Shown in pieces: positions 1-9,930 of a DNA stretch of 64,000 nucleotides (positions within the stretch are counted from its first letter, which is position 1; every line of letters starts with the position of its first letter). The notes under the pieces are model-generated. The model made no database searches. It worked only from the letters and a program-made list of their open reading frames with translations, and was not told the DNA's origin. Made by a program: the position numbers and the translations under genes. Source of the stretch: an uncultured Peptococcaceae bacterium (GTDB taxonomy: Bacteria > Bacillota > DSM-12270 > Thermacetogeniales > Thermacetogeniaceae). The stretch lies in NCBI GenBank assembly GCA_963807495.1, contig CAWEDD010000005.1, positions 28,953 through 92,952 of the forward strand, written 5' to 3'.

Positions 1-1
1 C

Positions 2-223
2 CAGTTCACCCTCTACGGCGACTGCCGGAAGGGAAGGCGGCCCAGCTTCACCGGCGCCGCCTCCCGGAGCGGGCCGCCAGCCGACTGTATGAGGCGGTGG
101 CCGAGCCGCCTGGCGGAGAGCGGCTTGAAGGTTGAGACCGGAGAGTTCCGGGCGATGATGGCAGTGGGCATCGTCAACGACGGCCCGGTGACCATTCTGA
201 TCGACAGCAAGAAAGTATTCTGA
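2..223 (+). CDS. dtd: D-aminoacyl-tRNA deacylase, C-terminal fragment (5' end lies outside the window)
   Basis: My translation of frame 2 gives [16 protein letters not shown]...[30 protein letters not shown], with stop TGA at 221-223. This matches the conserved Dtd C-terminus (FTLYGD, KGRRPSF, NDGPVT). The minus-strand ORF 13..210 in the track is antisense to it. Confidence 0.75.
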   Translation, partial: QFTLYGDCRKGRRPSFTGAASRSGPPADCMRRWPSRLAESGLKVETGEFRAMMAVGIVNDGPVTILIDSKKVF

Positions 224-240
224 AGCGGAGGTAGAAGGGA

Positions 241-862
241 TGATAGTGAAAAGCCTGGCAGTTGGCTCGATGCTGGCCAACTGTTATCTTGTCTGGTGTG
301 AAGAGACGAGAGAAGCCCTGGTCATCGACCCCGGCGGGGAAGGCAGGCGGATCCTGGCGGAGATAGCCAGGGAACAGTTCAGGTGAGGTATATCGTCAAC
401 ACCCACGGGCATGTCGACCATATCGCCGCCAACGCCGAGATCCGCAGCGCCACCGGCGCCAAGCTGATGATCCACGAGGACGACGCCTCCCTGCTGGGCA
501 ATCCTGGAACTGAATCTCTCTCTGTATGTGGCGGATCTGCGTTACAGGGATTGCAGCCGGATGTGCTGCTCCATGAAGGCGATGAGATTGCCTGCGGGAA
601 GCAGGTGCAGCTGAAGGTGTTGCACACGCCTGGCCATACCCGGGGCGGCATCTGCCTCCAGGCGAGGAGCGATCTTCACCGGTGACACTCTGTTTGCCGA
701 GTCGATCGGGCAGGACCGATTTCCCGGGAGGCTCCTACCGAGACCCTGATCGAGTCCATCAAGAACAAGATCCTGGTGCTGGACGACGACTGCCTGGTCT
801 ACCCGGGGCATGGCCCCGCCTCTACGGTCGGCCACGAGCGGAAGCACAACCCCTACCTGTAA
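241..862 (+). CDS. MBL-fold metallo-hydrolase (glyoxalase II-like), read through two apparent frameshifts
   Basis: The N-terminus is [33 protein letters not shown]. The next frame has the THGHVDH metal motif and [10 protein letters not shown] third frame gives [18 protein letters not shown]...[20 protein letters not shown], with a stop at 860-862. Frame changes lie near 385 and 670. Confidence 0.75.
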
Positions 863-1084
863 GGGGTTCTGGGAGGCGTCTGACGGGCGAGAGCCGGCAG
901 TTGTCAAAAGGCGAAAAAGGGATGGCGGCCAGAGCGGGAGAGCGGAGTCGCGGCCGCCATAAGGAGAGCGGCAACCCTTCGAGGGTTGGTGAACAGAGCG
1001 GCAGAAACCATCAGGCGTGTCCGAGTTTAGGCAGGAGAATCTGATTTCCGGCATCGGGCATCTTCAACTAAGGAGTGGATCAGT

Positions 1085-2365
1085 TTGATGAGAGCGCCCC
1101 GGGGGACAAAGGACCTGCTGCCTGGCGAGGTAGAGAAATGGCAGTACGTAGAGTGGGCGGCCCGCAAGACTTGCGAAACTTATGGTTTCAAAGAGATACG
1201 CACCCCGATCTTCGAGCACACCGAGCTTTTTTTGAGAGGCATCGGCGACACCACGGATATTGTCCAGAAGGAGATGTACACGTTCGACGACCGCAGCGGC
1301 AGGAGCCTTACCCTGCGGCCGGAGGGCACGGCGGCCGTGGTCAGGTCGTACATCGAGCATCACCTCGATTCAGAGGCGCAGCCGGTGAAACTCTATTACC
1401 TGGGGCCGATGTTCCGTTATGACCGCCCCCAGGCAGGCCGGTTCCGTCAATTCCACCAGCTCGGAATGGAAACTTTCGGCAGCGACGATCCGGCGGTTGA
1501 TGTGGAGATTATCGGATGCACCTGGGATTTCTTCAGCAGCCTGGGGTTGAGGGGGCTGCGGCTGGAGCTGAACAGTGTCGGTTGCCCTAACTGCAGGCCA
1601 GCTTATACGAAAGCGCTGCAGGAGTATTTCCGGCCATTGCAGGGCTCACTGTGCGACGACTGCCGGATGCGCCTGGATCAGAATCCGCTGCGCCTGCTGG
1701 ACTGCAAGGTTCCGGAGTGCCAGCACCTGAGGGCGCAGGCGCCGGCGATCCGGGACTACTTGTGCCCGGATTGCGCCGTCCATTTTGATAAGGTGCAGCA
1801 GTACCTGAGGCTGCTCGGCATCCCTTTCTGCCTCGATCCGGGAATGGTGCGCGGCCTCGACTACTACACGCACACCGCCTTCGAAGTGACCCTGGAGGGC
1901 CTCGGCGCCCAGAGCTCCCTGGCCGGAGGCGGTCGCTACAACAACCTGGTGGAGGCCTGCGGCGGTCCTGCGGCGCCGGGCATCGGAGCGGCCGTCGGCC
2001 TGGAGAGGGTCATGCTGGCCCTGGAGCAGCAGCAGATCGTGCTGCCTCTCCCCGCGGCCGGGCTGGTCTTCATCGCTACCCCGGATGCATTGTCGGAGCA
2101 GCTGCGCCAGGAGGCGCTCTGCCTGCTGATGGAGCTCAGGCGTTCCGGCATTTCAACTGAAATGGACTTCACGGCCAGGAGCCTGAAGGCGCAGATGAAG
2201 CAGGCGGCGCGCCTGGGGGCCAGGTGGTGTGTCATCATCGGGCCGGAGGAGCTGCAGGAGGAGAAGGTGCTCCTGAGGGATATGGACAGGGAACACAGGC
2301 AGCGGTGCCCCGCCGGGAGTTGTTGGGCCTGCTTGAAAACACGCCGACAGGGAAGGCTACGATAG
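1085..2365 (+). CDS. hisS: Histidine--tRNA ligase
   Basis: The 426-aa ORF has class II aaRS HisRS motifs (APRGTKDLLP, LRPEGTA, YLGPMFRYDRPQAGRFRQFHQ, GGGRYNNL). The last ~25 codons read better in another frame ([26 protein letters not shown], stop at 2375-2377), so a frameshift near 2290 is likely. Confidence 0.9.
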   Translation: MMRAPRGTKDLLPGEVEKWQYVEWAARKTCETYGFKEIRTPIFEHTELFLRGIGDTTDIVQKEMYTFDDRSGRSLTLRPEGTAAVVRSYIEHHLDSEAQPVKLYYLGPMFRYDRPQAGRFRQFHQLGMETFGSDDPAVDVEIIGCTWDFFSSLGLRGLRLELNSVGCPNCRPAYTKALQEYFRPLQGSLCDDCRMRLDQNPLRLLDCKVPECQHLRAQAPAIRDYLCPDCAVHFDKVQQYLRLLGIPFCLDPGMVRGLDYYTHTAFEVTLEGLGAQSSLAGGGRYNNLVEACGGPAAPGIGAAVGLERVMLALEQQQIVLPLPAAGLVFIATPDALSEQLRQEALCLLMELRRSGISTEMDFTARSLKAQMKQAARLGARWCVIIGPEELQEEKVLLRDMDREHRQRCPAGSCWACLKTRRQGRLR

Positions 2366-4167
2366 TTGGACGCTGATAAACAGACGGCAGCTTTCATACG
2401 CACACACGGCTGCGGGGAGCTTAACGTACATCACACCGGCCAGGAGGTGGTCTTGATGGGCTGGGTGCAGCGGCGGCGCGACCACGGCGGGGTGATCTTC
2501 CTGGACCTGCGCGACCGGAGCGGCCTGGTGCAGACGGTGCTGAGCCCGGACCGCCAGCCGGAGGCCTTTAAGACGAGCCAGGCAGTGCGCCCCGAGTACG
2601 TGGTGGCCGATGCACGGGCCGGGTCAGCCGGCGTCCCGCGGGAACCGCCAACCCGAACATGCCGACCGGGGAGATCGAGGTCCTGGTAAGCGAGATCGCC
2701 ATTCTGAACGCCGCCAAGACGCCTCCCTTCTATCCCGGGGAAGCGACGGAGGTGGACGAGGCAGTCCGCCTGCGTTACCGCTACCTGGACCTGAGGCGCC
2801 CGGAGATGTGGGAGATCTTCACCTTCCGGCACCAGGCCGCCCTGTGCCATCAGGGAGTTTCTCTCCGGCCAGCGGCTTTCTGGAGGTGGAGACCCCGATG
2901 CTCACCCGCAGCACCCCCGAAGGGGCCAGGGATTACCTGGTTCCAAGCAGGATCTACCCGGGGTATTTCTTTGCCCTGCCCCAATCGCCCCAGCTTTTCA
3001 AGCAGATCCTGATGGTGGCCGGCTTTGAACGCTACTTCCAGTTTGCCAGGTGCTTCCGGGACGAGGACCTGAGGGCGGACCGGCAGCCGGAGTTCACCCA
3101 GCTCGATATCGAAATGTCCTTCATCGGCGAGGAAGAGATCATGGAGCTGATGGAAGAGATGATGGCAGTCCTGTTCGGCCAGCTGCTGGGCAAGGAGGTC
3201 GCCGAGGCCGTTTCCCCGCCTGACTTACCGGGAGGCCATGGACGGCTACGGGTGCGACAAGCCGGACCTGCGCCTGGGCATGAGGATCGTGGACTGTCAC
3301 TGATTTTGCCGGCGGCTGCTCCTGCCAGGTTTTTCCGGGGCGGTGCAGGGCGGCGGCGTGGTCAGGGGCATCCGGGTGCCCGGCGCCGGTTCGCTGTCCC
3401 GCCGGGAACTGGACGAGCTGGCAAAGCTGGCTGGCGGGTGGGGGGCCAAGGGCCTGGCCTGGTTTATCCTGGGCGAGTCAGGAGATCAGGTCGCCGCTGG
3501 CCAAGCATGTTCCAGCAGACGGAGTTGCAGCAACTGGTGCGCCAGGCTGGAAGGGCTGCCGGGAGACCTGCTGCTGTTCGTGGCCGACCGGCCGGGGGTG
3601 GTGTGAGACCGTCCTCGGACAACTGCGCCTGGAGCTGGGTGCAGCGCTTCAATCTGGCAGAGCCCGACCGTTTTGCCTTTGTCTGGATCACCGATTTTCC
3701 CCTCTTTGAGTATAATGATACGGAAAAACGTTTGGAGGCGATGCATCACCCCTTTACCGCGCCCAGGGAAGAGGACCTGCACCTGCTGGAGAAGACTCCC
3801 GGCCAGGTCAGGGCGAGAGCCTACGACCTGGTGTTGAACGGCACGGAGATCGGCGGCGGCAGCATCAGAAACCATCGCCGGGACGTGCAGGACCGGCTGT
3901 TCAAGGCTATCGGGCTGGCCCCGGAGGAGATCGCCCACAAGTTCGGCTTTCTGCTGGATGCCCTGGATTATGGGGCGCCGCCCCACGGCGGGATCGCCTT
4001 CGGATTCGACAGGATGATGATGTTGATGCTGCGGCCGGGAGACTATCCGGGACGTGATCGCCTTTCCCAAGACCCAGAGTTCGACCTGCCTGATGACCGG
4101 GGCCCCGGCGCCAGTCGCGGCGAAGCAGCTTTCAGAAGTGCACATCGAAGCCAAGATTACCGTGTAA
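2366..4167 (+). CDS. aspS: Aspartate--tRNA ligase, reconstructed across at least five apparent frameshifts
   Basis: AspRS signature segments are spread over all three plus-strand frames: [45 protein letters not shown]; [24 protein letters not shown]...[12 protein letters not shown]; [26 protein letters not shown]...[51 protein letters not shown]; HHPFTAPRE...[18 protein letters not shown]...[16 protein letters not shown]; and a final [40 protein letters not shown], with a stop at 4165-4167. Confidence 0.85.
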
Positions 4168-4376
4168 CAACAGATGAAAAGCCTGAAGGCAGATGAAATT
4201 AGGCGCCGAGTCGGTAAAGCCGGGGCCGTGAGCGGGATGCCTGAAGCCTGATCCCATCGCCTCCGGCGAGAGATGGCAGCCGCCCGGCGTGCTTTTAAAT
4301 CGCTGGCAGTGTTGCCAGAGGCTTCATAATAGTCTTTCCTTGAAAAACGGGGGATATGCTACGATAGTAGAAGTAA

Positions 4377-4561
4377 AAAGTGCCCTGCGATGTGCGTGAT
4401 TATTGGGGAGTTTTGAGCCAACACCAAAACTGAGGAGCTTGGGCTCTGGCTGTGGCTTGTATGCCCCGCAAGGGGATCCGAAAAACAGCCAGGCGGGTAC
4501 CGCCGTTGTGAGCCGAGGTTCGAAAACACCGATGACCACGGCATCTGTGGGGTATCTTTTT
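4377..4561 (+). ncRNA. ssrS: Putative 6S RNA (SsrS, 6S-1/BsrA-like)
   Basis: This is a ~185-nt non-coding stretch just downstream of aspS, the same position as bsrA in B. subtilis. The 5' arm AAAGTGCCCTGCGATGTGCGTGATTATTGG (4377-4406) pairs, with G-U pairs and small bulges, to the 3' arm CCGATGACCACGGCATCTGTGGGGTATCTTT (4529-4559). The pairing encloses a large central region and is followed by a T-run. Upstream there is a TTGAAA (4340-4345) and an extended -10-like TGCTACGAT (4357-4365). No covariance model was run. Confidence 0.55.
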
Positions 4562-4653
4562 ACCTAGGTGTTATGGTATTATGTGGTAAAGTCCCGAGTG
4601 ATGGGTAATGGGTATGACTTGTTTGAAAAAGGTGAGGCGATGACAGGATCAAT

Positions 4654-5484
4654 TTGATTATCTTTTGGGTATTACTGATCCTGATCGCTTTGCTCCCCAT
4701 CTTCAAACAGCAGCAATCGAATCTGGCCAGGTTGAGGCTATTCAGAAAGATCGAGGCGATGCGGGGTTCCCGGGTGATCAGCCTGATTCACCGGCAGGAG
4801 TCCGTCAGCCTGCTGGGCATACCCATCGGAAGGTACATCGATATCGAGGACTCCGAACAGATCCTGCGGGCGATTCGCCTCACCCCCGACAATATGCCGA
4901 TCGACCTGATCCTGCATACGCCGGGAGGCCTGGTGCTGGCTGCCGAGCAGATCGCCTTCGCCCTGCGCAACCACCACGCCCGGGTCACGGTCTTCGTGCC
5001 GCATTACGCCATGTCCGGCGGGACGATGCTGGCCCTGGCCGCGGACGAGATCTACATGGACGAGAATGCGGTGCTGGGCCCGGTTGACCCCCAGATCGGC
5101 AGTTATCCGGCGGTCTCCATCTTAAAGGCGATCGAGCAGAAGAACAAGAACCGGGTCAACGACGAGACCCTGATTCTCGGCGATATCGCCCAGAAGGCCA
5201 TCGTCCAGGTGGATGAAACCATGCAGGAATCTCCTCAAGGACCGCTATGGCGACTCAGAGGCCGAGCGCATCGCCAAGGTCTTCACCGAGGGGCGGTGGA
5301 CCCACGATTACCCGATCACCTGCGACATCCTGAAGGAGATCGGAGTTACCGCCGTCTGCAACCAGAATGCCGAGAGGAGGTCTACGATCTGATGGATCTC
5401 TATCCCCAGCCGGCGCAGCGCCGTCCTTCGGTCCAGTTTATACCCATTCCCTACGGCAATCGCGACCAGCATGGGAATAAATAA
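4654..5484 (+). CDS. Membrane-anchored ClpP-fold serine protease (SDH/serine dehydrogenase proteinase family, PF01972-like), two apparent frameshifts
   Basis: The N-terminus has a TM helix (MIIFWVLLILIALLPIF). It is followed by VISLIHRQE...DLILHTPGGLVLAAEQIAFALRNHHARVTVFVPHYAMSGGTMLALAADEIYMDENAVLGPVDPQ. The C-terminal part (ILKDRYGDSEAERIAKVFTEGRWTHDYPIT...VYDLMDLYPQPAQRRPSVQFIPIPYG) is in other frames from about 5225. Confidence 0.65.
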   Translation: MIIFWVLLILIALLPIFKQQQSNLARLRLFRKIEAMRGSRVISLIHRQESVSLLGIPIGRYIDIEDSEQILRAIRLTPDNMPIDLILHTPGGLVLAAEQIAFALRNHHARVTVFVPHYAMSGGTMLALAADEIYMDENAVLGPVDPQIGSYPAVSILKAIEQKNKNRVNDETLILGDIAQKAIVQVDETMQESPQGPLWRLRGRAHRQGLHRGAVDPRLPDHLRHPEGDRSYRRLQPECREEVYDLMDLYPQPAQRRPSVQFIPIPYGNRDQHGNK

Positions 5485-5586
5485 CAGGAGTCAGGAGTCA
5501 GTAGTCAGTAGTCATGTACTCCGCATTCCCGTGTGCCGGCGGGCTTTCCCCGTATCTGGGCTTACGGATGGTGGATCGAATTATAT

Positions 5587-6917
5587 GAAGGGGGTGAGGT
5601 TGAAATTGAGTCTTGTTCTGGAACGAGAATATGAGTGCATGCCGCGGGCAGAACTGGAGGCCCTCCAGGAATGAGCGGCTCCGGGAAACGGTAAGCCGGG
5701 TCTTCCACGAGGTGCCTTTTTACCGCCGGGAGCTGCAGGAGCGCGGCCTGGGACCCGATGACGTGAAAAGTCTCTGGACGACCTGGCCAGGCTGCCCTTC
5801 ACCACCAAGAACGACCTGCGGGACAACTATCCCTACGGACTGTTTGCAGTGCCCCTGAGCGAGGTGGTGAGGGTGCACGCCTCCTCGGGCACCACCGGCA
5901 AGCCGGTCGTGGATGGCTATACCAGGCACGACCTGGAAGTCTGGGCGGAGGTGATGGCCACGCTCCCTCACCTGCTGCGGCGCGACCAAGAATTCCGTCA
6001 TTCATAACGCCTACGGCTACGGCCTGTTCACCGGAGGCCTCGGCGTCCACTACGGGGCCGAGCGGATCGGCGCCTCGGTGATCCCGGTCTCGGGCGGCCA
6101 CACCAAGCGGCAGATCATGATCATGAAGGACTTCGGCAGCACCATCCTGGCCTGCACGCCCTCCTACGCCATGCACCTGGCCGAGGTGATGGAGGAGATG
6201 GGGCTTTCCAAGAGTGACTCTGAAGCTGAAGGGCGGACTCTTCGGCGCCGAGCCCTGGTCGCAGAACATGCGAAGCCAGATCGAGGCCCGGCTGGGGCTG
6301 CATGGCCCTGGATGTCTATGGGCTGAGCGAGATCATCGGCCCCGGCGTGGCGGTGGAGTGTCCGGAGAAGCAGGGCCTGCACGTCTGGGAGGACCACTTC
6401 CTGTTCGAGGTGATCGACCCGGAGACCGGGCAGCAGTTGCCGCCCGGGAGCTACGGAGAACTGGTGGTCACCAGCCTGACCAAGCAGGCCATGCCCCTGA
6501 TCCGCTACCGCACCAGGGATATCACCACCATCATTCCGGAGCCCTGCCCCTGCGGGCGCACCCACCGGAAGATCGGCCGCTTTGTCGGGCGCACCGACGA
6601 CATGCTGGTCATCCGGGGCGTCAATGTTTTCCCGTCCCAGATCGAAGAGGTGCTGCTCCGGATCGCCCACACCGAACCGCAGTACCAGATCATCGTGGAG
6701 CGCCGGGGGCAGTTGGACGAGCTGGAGGTCTGGGTGGAGGTCTCCGAGCAGTTCTTCTCTGATGAGGTGCGGCAGCTTGGAAACCCTGGAGCGCCAGATC
6801 CGGCGGGAGATTGAAGACGTGCTGGGGATCAACGTCAGGGTCAAACTGGTCGAGCCCAAAACCATCGAGCGCAGCGAGGGCAAGGCCAAGCGGGTTATTG
6901 ACCGCCGCCAGATCTGA
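5587..6917 (+). CDS. paaK: Phenylacetate--CoA ligase (PaaK family adenylate-forming enzyme), several apparent frameshifts
   Basis: PaaK motifs are distributed over three frames: [14 protein letters not shown] / [27 protein letters not shown]; [35 protein letters not shown]; [58 protein letters not shown]; [15 protein letters not shown]...RYRTRDIT...[37 protein letters not shown]; and a C-terminal [24 protein letters not shown]. Confidence 0.8.
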
Positions 6918-7007
6918 CACAGTTGATTGGCTAGTGATCGCCAGCGGCAGAATGGTGTCTTTCGAACGTCGCATCATGCAAAAGCACGCTGAAAAGGAGG
7001 GAAAAGC

Positions 7008-7440
7008 ATGCCGATCAAGCAGATCTCGGTTTTCCTGGAGAACAAGTGCGGTCGCCTGGCCAGCGTGACCAGGACAATCGGGAATCACGGCATCAACATC
7101 CGGGCTTTCTCAATCGCCGATACCACCGATTTTGGCATTTTGAGGCTGATTGTCAATCGCCCCGAAGAGACCTACCGGGTGCTGCGGGAAGGCGGCTTCA
7201 CCGTCAGCATGACCGAGGTGCTGGCTGTGCAAGATTCCTGATTCTCCCGGCGGCCTGGCCGGAGTTCTGGAGTTGATGCAGGATGCCGGCGTGAACATCG
7301 AGTATATGTACGCCTTCAGCGCCAAGGTCTCTCAGGATGCCCTGGCGGTGTTCCGGGTGGAGAACTCCCAGGTGCCGAAAGGTTGATCGATCGAGAAGGG
7401 GATCAGGGTGCTCGGCGGTGAAGAGGTCTACAACCTGTAA
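7008..7440 (+). CDS. ACT domain-containing protein (the usual partner of paaK-type ligases), two apparent frameshifts
   Basis: It reads [66 protein letters not shown], then in other frames [24 protein letters not shown] and ..[13 protein letters not shown], with a stop at 7438-7440. It sits immediately downstream of paaK. Confidence 0.7.
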
Positions 7441-7607
7441 CATCTATAGCTTGCGAATCTACAAACTGTGTGTGTTTCCGCCGGTCGCCCGGGACATTGC
7501 TGCCGGATCTCGCAGGCCTGTCCATTGCCATTTATGCACACCGGCGCTTCCAGGCGCAGTTGCTCTTCTCCGGCTGCGCACCCATCACCAGGGGAGGTTG
7601 AGAATAC

Positions 7608-8742
7608 ATGAATATCAGCCCCGGCGGACTGGCAACCGGCATCGGCAGTCTGCCGCACCTGGATGCCGCCGCCGCCGTCGATCTGGTCAGGCGCTATTGC
7701 CCGGCCGGGCCTCACTGGCCGCAGCTTCCCAAGGCCAACAAGCGTGAATACTTCACGTTTCAGAACCTGCAACTGCTGCTCGATCTCGGCCTGCTTGAGA
7801 TGGAGAGCGATCGGCGCGCCCGTTTTGCATCCGATGCTCCTGAGTGGCCGGAAAGATTGGCCGATTTTTACTCCATCTACCTGGAGGCGTCAGCGGGAAG
7901 CGTGCAGGCCCTTGACAGGCTGGCTTTTCCGCCCGGCGCCGCAGACGGCTGGTACCGGTTCTACGATGATCTGAGAACCCGGGGATCCGGCCCGGCCCGG
8001 TTTTTAAAGGGGCAGGTCGCCGGGTTGTTGACCGTCGGTTTCCGGATCACCGATCCCCGGGGTATCCCCGCCTACTACGACCCGCAGCTGCGGGACGTGC
8101 TGCTGAAGCAGCTCGGCCTCCAGGCGGCCTGGCAGGCCCGGCACCCTGGGTCAATTCGGCCTGCCGGTGCTGATCTTCATGGACGACCCGGTGATTTACA
8201 GCTGCGGCATGGGCGACCGGATCGGCGTCACCCGGCGGAGAGGTCATCGCCGAGCTGAACGAATTTGCGCCATCGTGCGCACATTCGGGGGCCTGGTGGG
8301 GGTGCACTCCTGCGCCGACCTGGACTGGTCGCTGCTGCTGGAGCCGAGATCGATATCATCAGCTTCGACGCCTACCAGTATGCCGCCAGCTTTGCCCTGT
8401 TCCCGGAGCTGATCCAGTCCTTCCTGGAGCGCTCCGGGGTCATGGCCTGGGGTCTGGTCCCTACCGCCGGGGAGGCCCTGGCCGGAGAAAACCTGGCCTC
8501 GCTGCAGGGGCGGACACAGCGCTTATTGCAGGAGCTGGAGCGAAAGGCCGATGGATCTCCGGTTGGTGCAGTCCCAGTCCCTGGTGACGCCGGCCTGCGG
8601 CACTGCGAACCTGTCCGAACCGGATGCGGTGCGCACCTACGAACTGGCATCCGCTCTGGCTGCGGCCTGGGAAAGCCTTTTCAAGATTGGGGAGCGGATT
8701 ACTAAAAGGCCCGGCCGGACATGGATGTTCCGCAGTCATTGA
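7608..8742 (+). CDS. Hypothetical protein, possibly a MetE/UROD-like TIM-barrel fold; at least three apparent frameshifts
   Basis: A continuous coding signal runs through ORFs 7608..8258, 8167..8412, 8265..8705 and 8551..8742 in different frames. The N-terminus MNISPGGLATGIGSLPHLD and later VLIFMDDPVIY and DIISFDAYQY resemble cobalamin-independent methionine synthase-like proteins. The function is not established. Confidence 0.35.
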
Positions 8743-8790
8743 TCGGGGTTGGCTATATGGTAAGATTGAATCAGAGCAGGGGGAAGAGAA

Positions 8791-8987
8791 ATGATCACCG
8801 AAAGAAATGACTATCGCGCGAAGTGATCACCATGAGTCCCCAGACGGCGACTGTGTTTCTCTCGTTTGGCATGCAATGCGTGGATTGCCCGACTGCGAAG
8901 GGCGAAAGCATAGAGGATGCTGCAGAGGCCCACGGCATCGACGTTGACGATCTGCTGCACCAGTTAAACCGGCTGGCGATTCACTAG
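8791..8987 (+). CDS. Small DUF1858-type (hybrid-cluster-protein-associated redox disulfide) protein, one apparent frameshift near 8820
   Basis: My translation gives MSPQTATVFLSFGMQCVDCPTAKGESIEDAAEAHGIDVDDLLHQLNRLAIH (8832-8987). An upstream MITER..MTIA..EVIT stretch is out of frame by one base. The pattern FGMxCxxCPxAxxE(S/T)IEEAAxxHGID is typical of DUF1858. The ORF is too short to appear in the track. Confidence 0.55.
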
Positions 8988-9062
8988 TACCCCCTGGATA
9001 GCCATGGCGAAAACTGTTTCCGAACCCCCCATTAAAATTTAAAACCCCGCTAAAATTTAAAA

Positions 9063-9094
9063 CCCTGCTCACCTAAACGGAGCGGGGTTTTTTG
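9063..9094 (+). terminator. Rho-independent terminator
   Basis: The stem CCCTGCTC / GAGCGGGG (one G-U pair) has a 9-nt loop and is followed by TTTTTT (9088-9093). The 5' arm is duplicated in an 18-bp tandem repeat at 9034-9069. Confidence 0.6.
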
Positions 9095-9202
9095 GCGGGC
9101 ACGGCATTGGTGCGCATAGTTTTCAGTCGCACATAAAACAGAAAATAATGGGTATACTTGAAAATGTTTAACATTCTTCTCATAAGATTGGAGGTGAGGT
9201 CT

Positions 9203-9679
9203 ATGTCTTCGAGCTTGGCATGGTTTGTCTTATTTATACTGGCCTGGGCTGTCGTGCTGCTGGTGGTGCCGCTGGACCGGGTAGCCGCCCTGCTGCTGCC
9301 TGGTTTTCTGGGAGGCACAGTGCTCGCCCTGTTCGTCAACCTGCTGGCGGTGCCGATTTTAGGACTGTGGCGCTTCTCACCAGCCATGTTCACAATGCTG
9401 GGGATCCCCGTCTTCCTCCTATTGGCCTATGCAGCAGAGATGCTTCTATTCCTGCACTACTGGGACCATTTGCCGGGTGGCAGCGCGGAGAAGGGGCTCT
9501 ACCTGGTGGCTTTTACAATGGCGACCACGGTCGTGGCATACTTTGCCCTGATCATGCGCTATGTGATCTTCGTCAACTGGAGCCTGATCTATTTTTTCAT
9601 TTCCAGCTTTGTCATCCACTGCCTGGCAGCACTGCTCTATACTGCTCCCGGCATCAGGGAAACATTCCGCAGGGTGTAA
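9203..9679 (+). CDS. Hypothetical integral membrane protein
   Basis: The start is taken at ATG 9203, after the RBS GGAGGTGA. About five hydrophobic helices are visible (LAWFVLFILAWAVVLLVV, LLLPGFLGGTVLALFVNLLAVPILG, and others). No family was recognised. Confidence 0.5.
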   Translation: MSSSLAWFVLFILAWAVVLLVVPLDRVAALLLPGFLGGTVLALFVNLLAVPILGLWRFSPAMFTMLGIPVFLLLAYAAEMLLFLHYWDHLPGGSAEKGLYLVAFTMATTVVAYFALIMRYVIFVNWSLIYFFISSFVIHCLAALLYTAPGIRETFRRV

Positions 9680-9706
9680 GGAGCCGATCCGCGCAACCCT
9701 CATCTG

Positions 9707-9732
9707 CCACCTGATCATGGTGGATTTTTTTT
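9707..9732 (+). terminator. Probable rho-independent terminator
   Basis: The stem CCACC-tgatcat-GGTGG is followed by ATTTTTTTT. The stem is short. Confidence 0.45.
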
Positions 9733-9866
9733 GCTCTAAAAAAATGTGGGTGATAGCGGTTAGATTATTTCAGAAATGAAAATGAAAAATAAATAAAAAA
9801 TAGGACTTAAGACCTAATAAAATAGGTCCTCTAAAAAAAGGAATTTCTTGAAGTCAGATAGAATTC

Positions 9867-9896
9867 AAAGTGGAGTAAAGTGGTGCAAAGTGGTGC
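9867..9896 (+). promoter_or_regulatory. Putative MraZ operator: three direct AAAGTGG repeats with 10-bp periodicity
   Basis: AAAGTGG occurs at 9867-9873, 9877-9883 and 9887-9893 (caAAGTGGagtAAAGTGGtgcAAAGTGGtgcc), about 35 bp upstream of the mraZ ATG. MraZ is known to bind direct repeats spaced one helical turn apart in the dcw promoter region. Confidence 0.6.
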
Positions 9897-9930
9897 CGAA
9901 ATAATATTAAATGGTAATCCGGGGGGAAAC

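Noticed and set aside
863-1084. T-box leader upstream of hisS, as in B. subtilis hisS-aspS
   Set aside because: I could not find the T-box sequence (GGGTGGTACCGCG), a clear stem I GGUGNRA/AGAGA pair, or a terminator with a U-tract. Only a vague GAGGGTTGGTGAAC resemblance exists. The ileS leader in the same window shows all of these elements clearly, so their absence here is meaningful.
2366-4167. Frameshifts in aspS, ftsZ and other genes as programmed ribosomal frameshifting or genuine pseudogenes
   Set aside because: There are far too many of them, they fall in single-copy essential genes, and no slippery heptamers or stimulatory structures are evident. Sequencing or assembly indels are the most likely explanation.
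5487-5515. Heptamer microsatellite AGGAGTC AGGAGTC AGTAGTC AGTAGTC after the protease gene
   Set aside because: It is real but tiny, intergenic and has no associated feature. It was treated as slippage noise.
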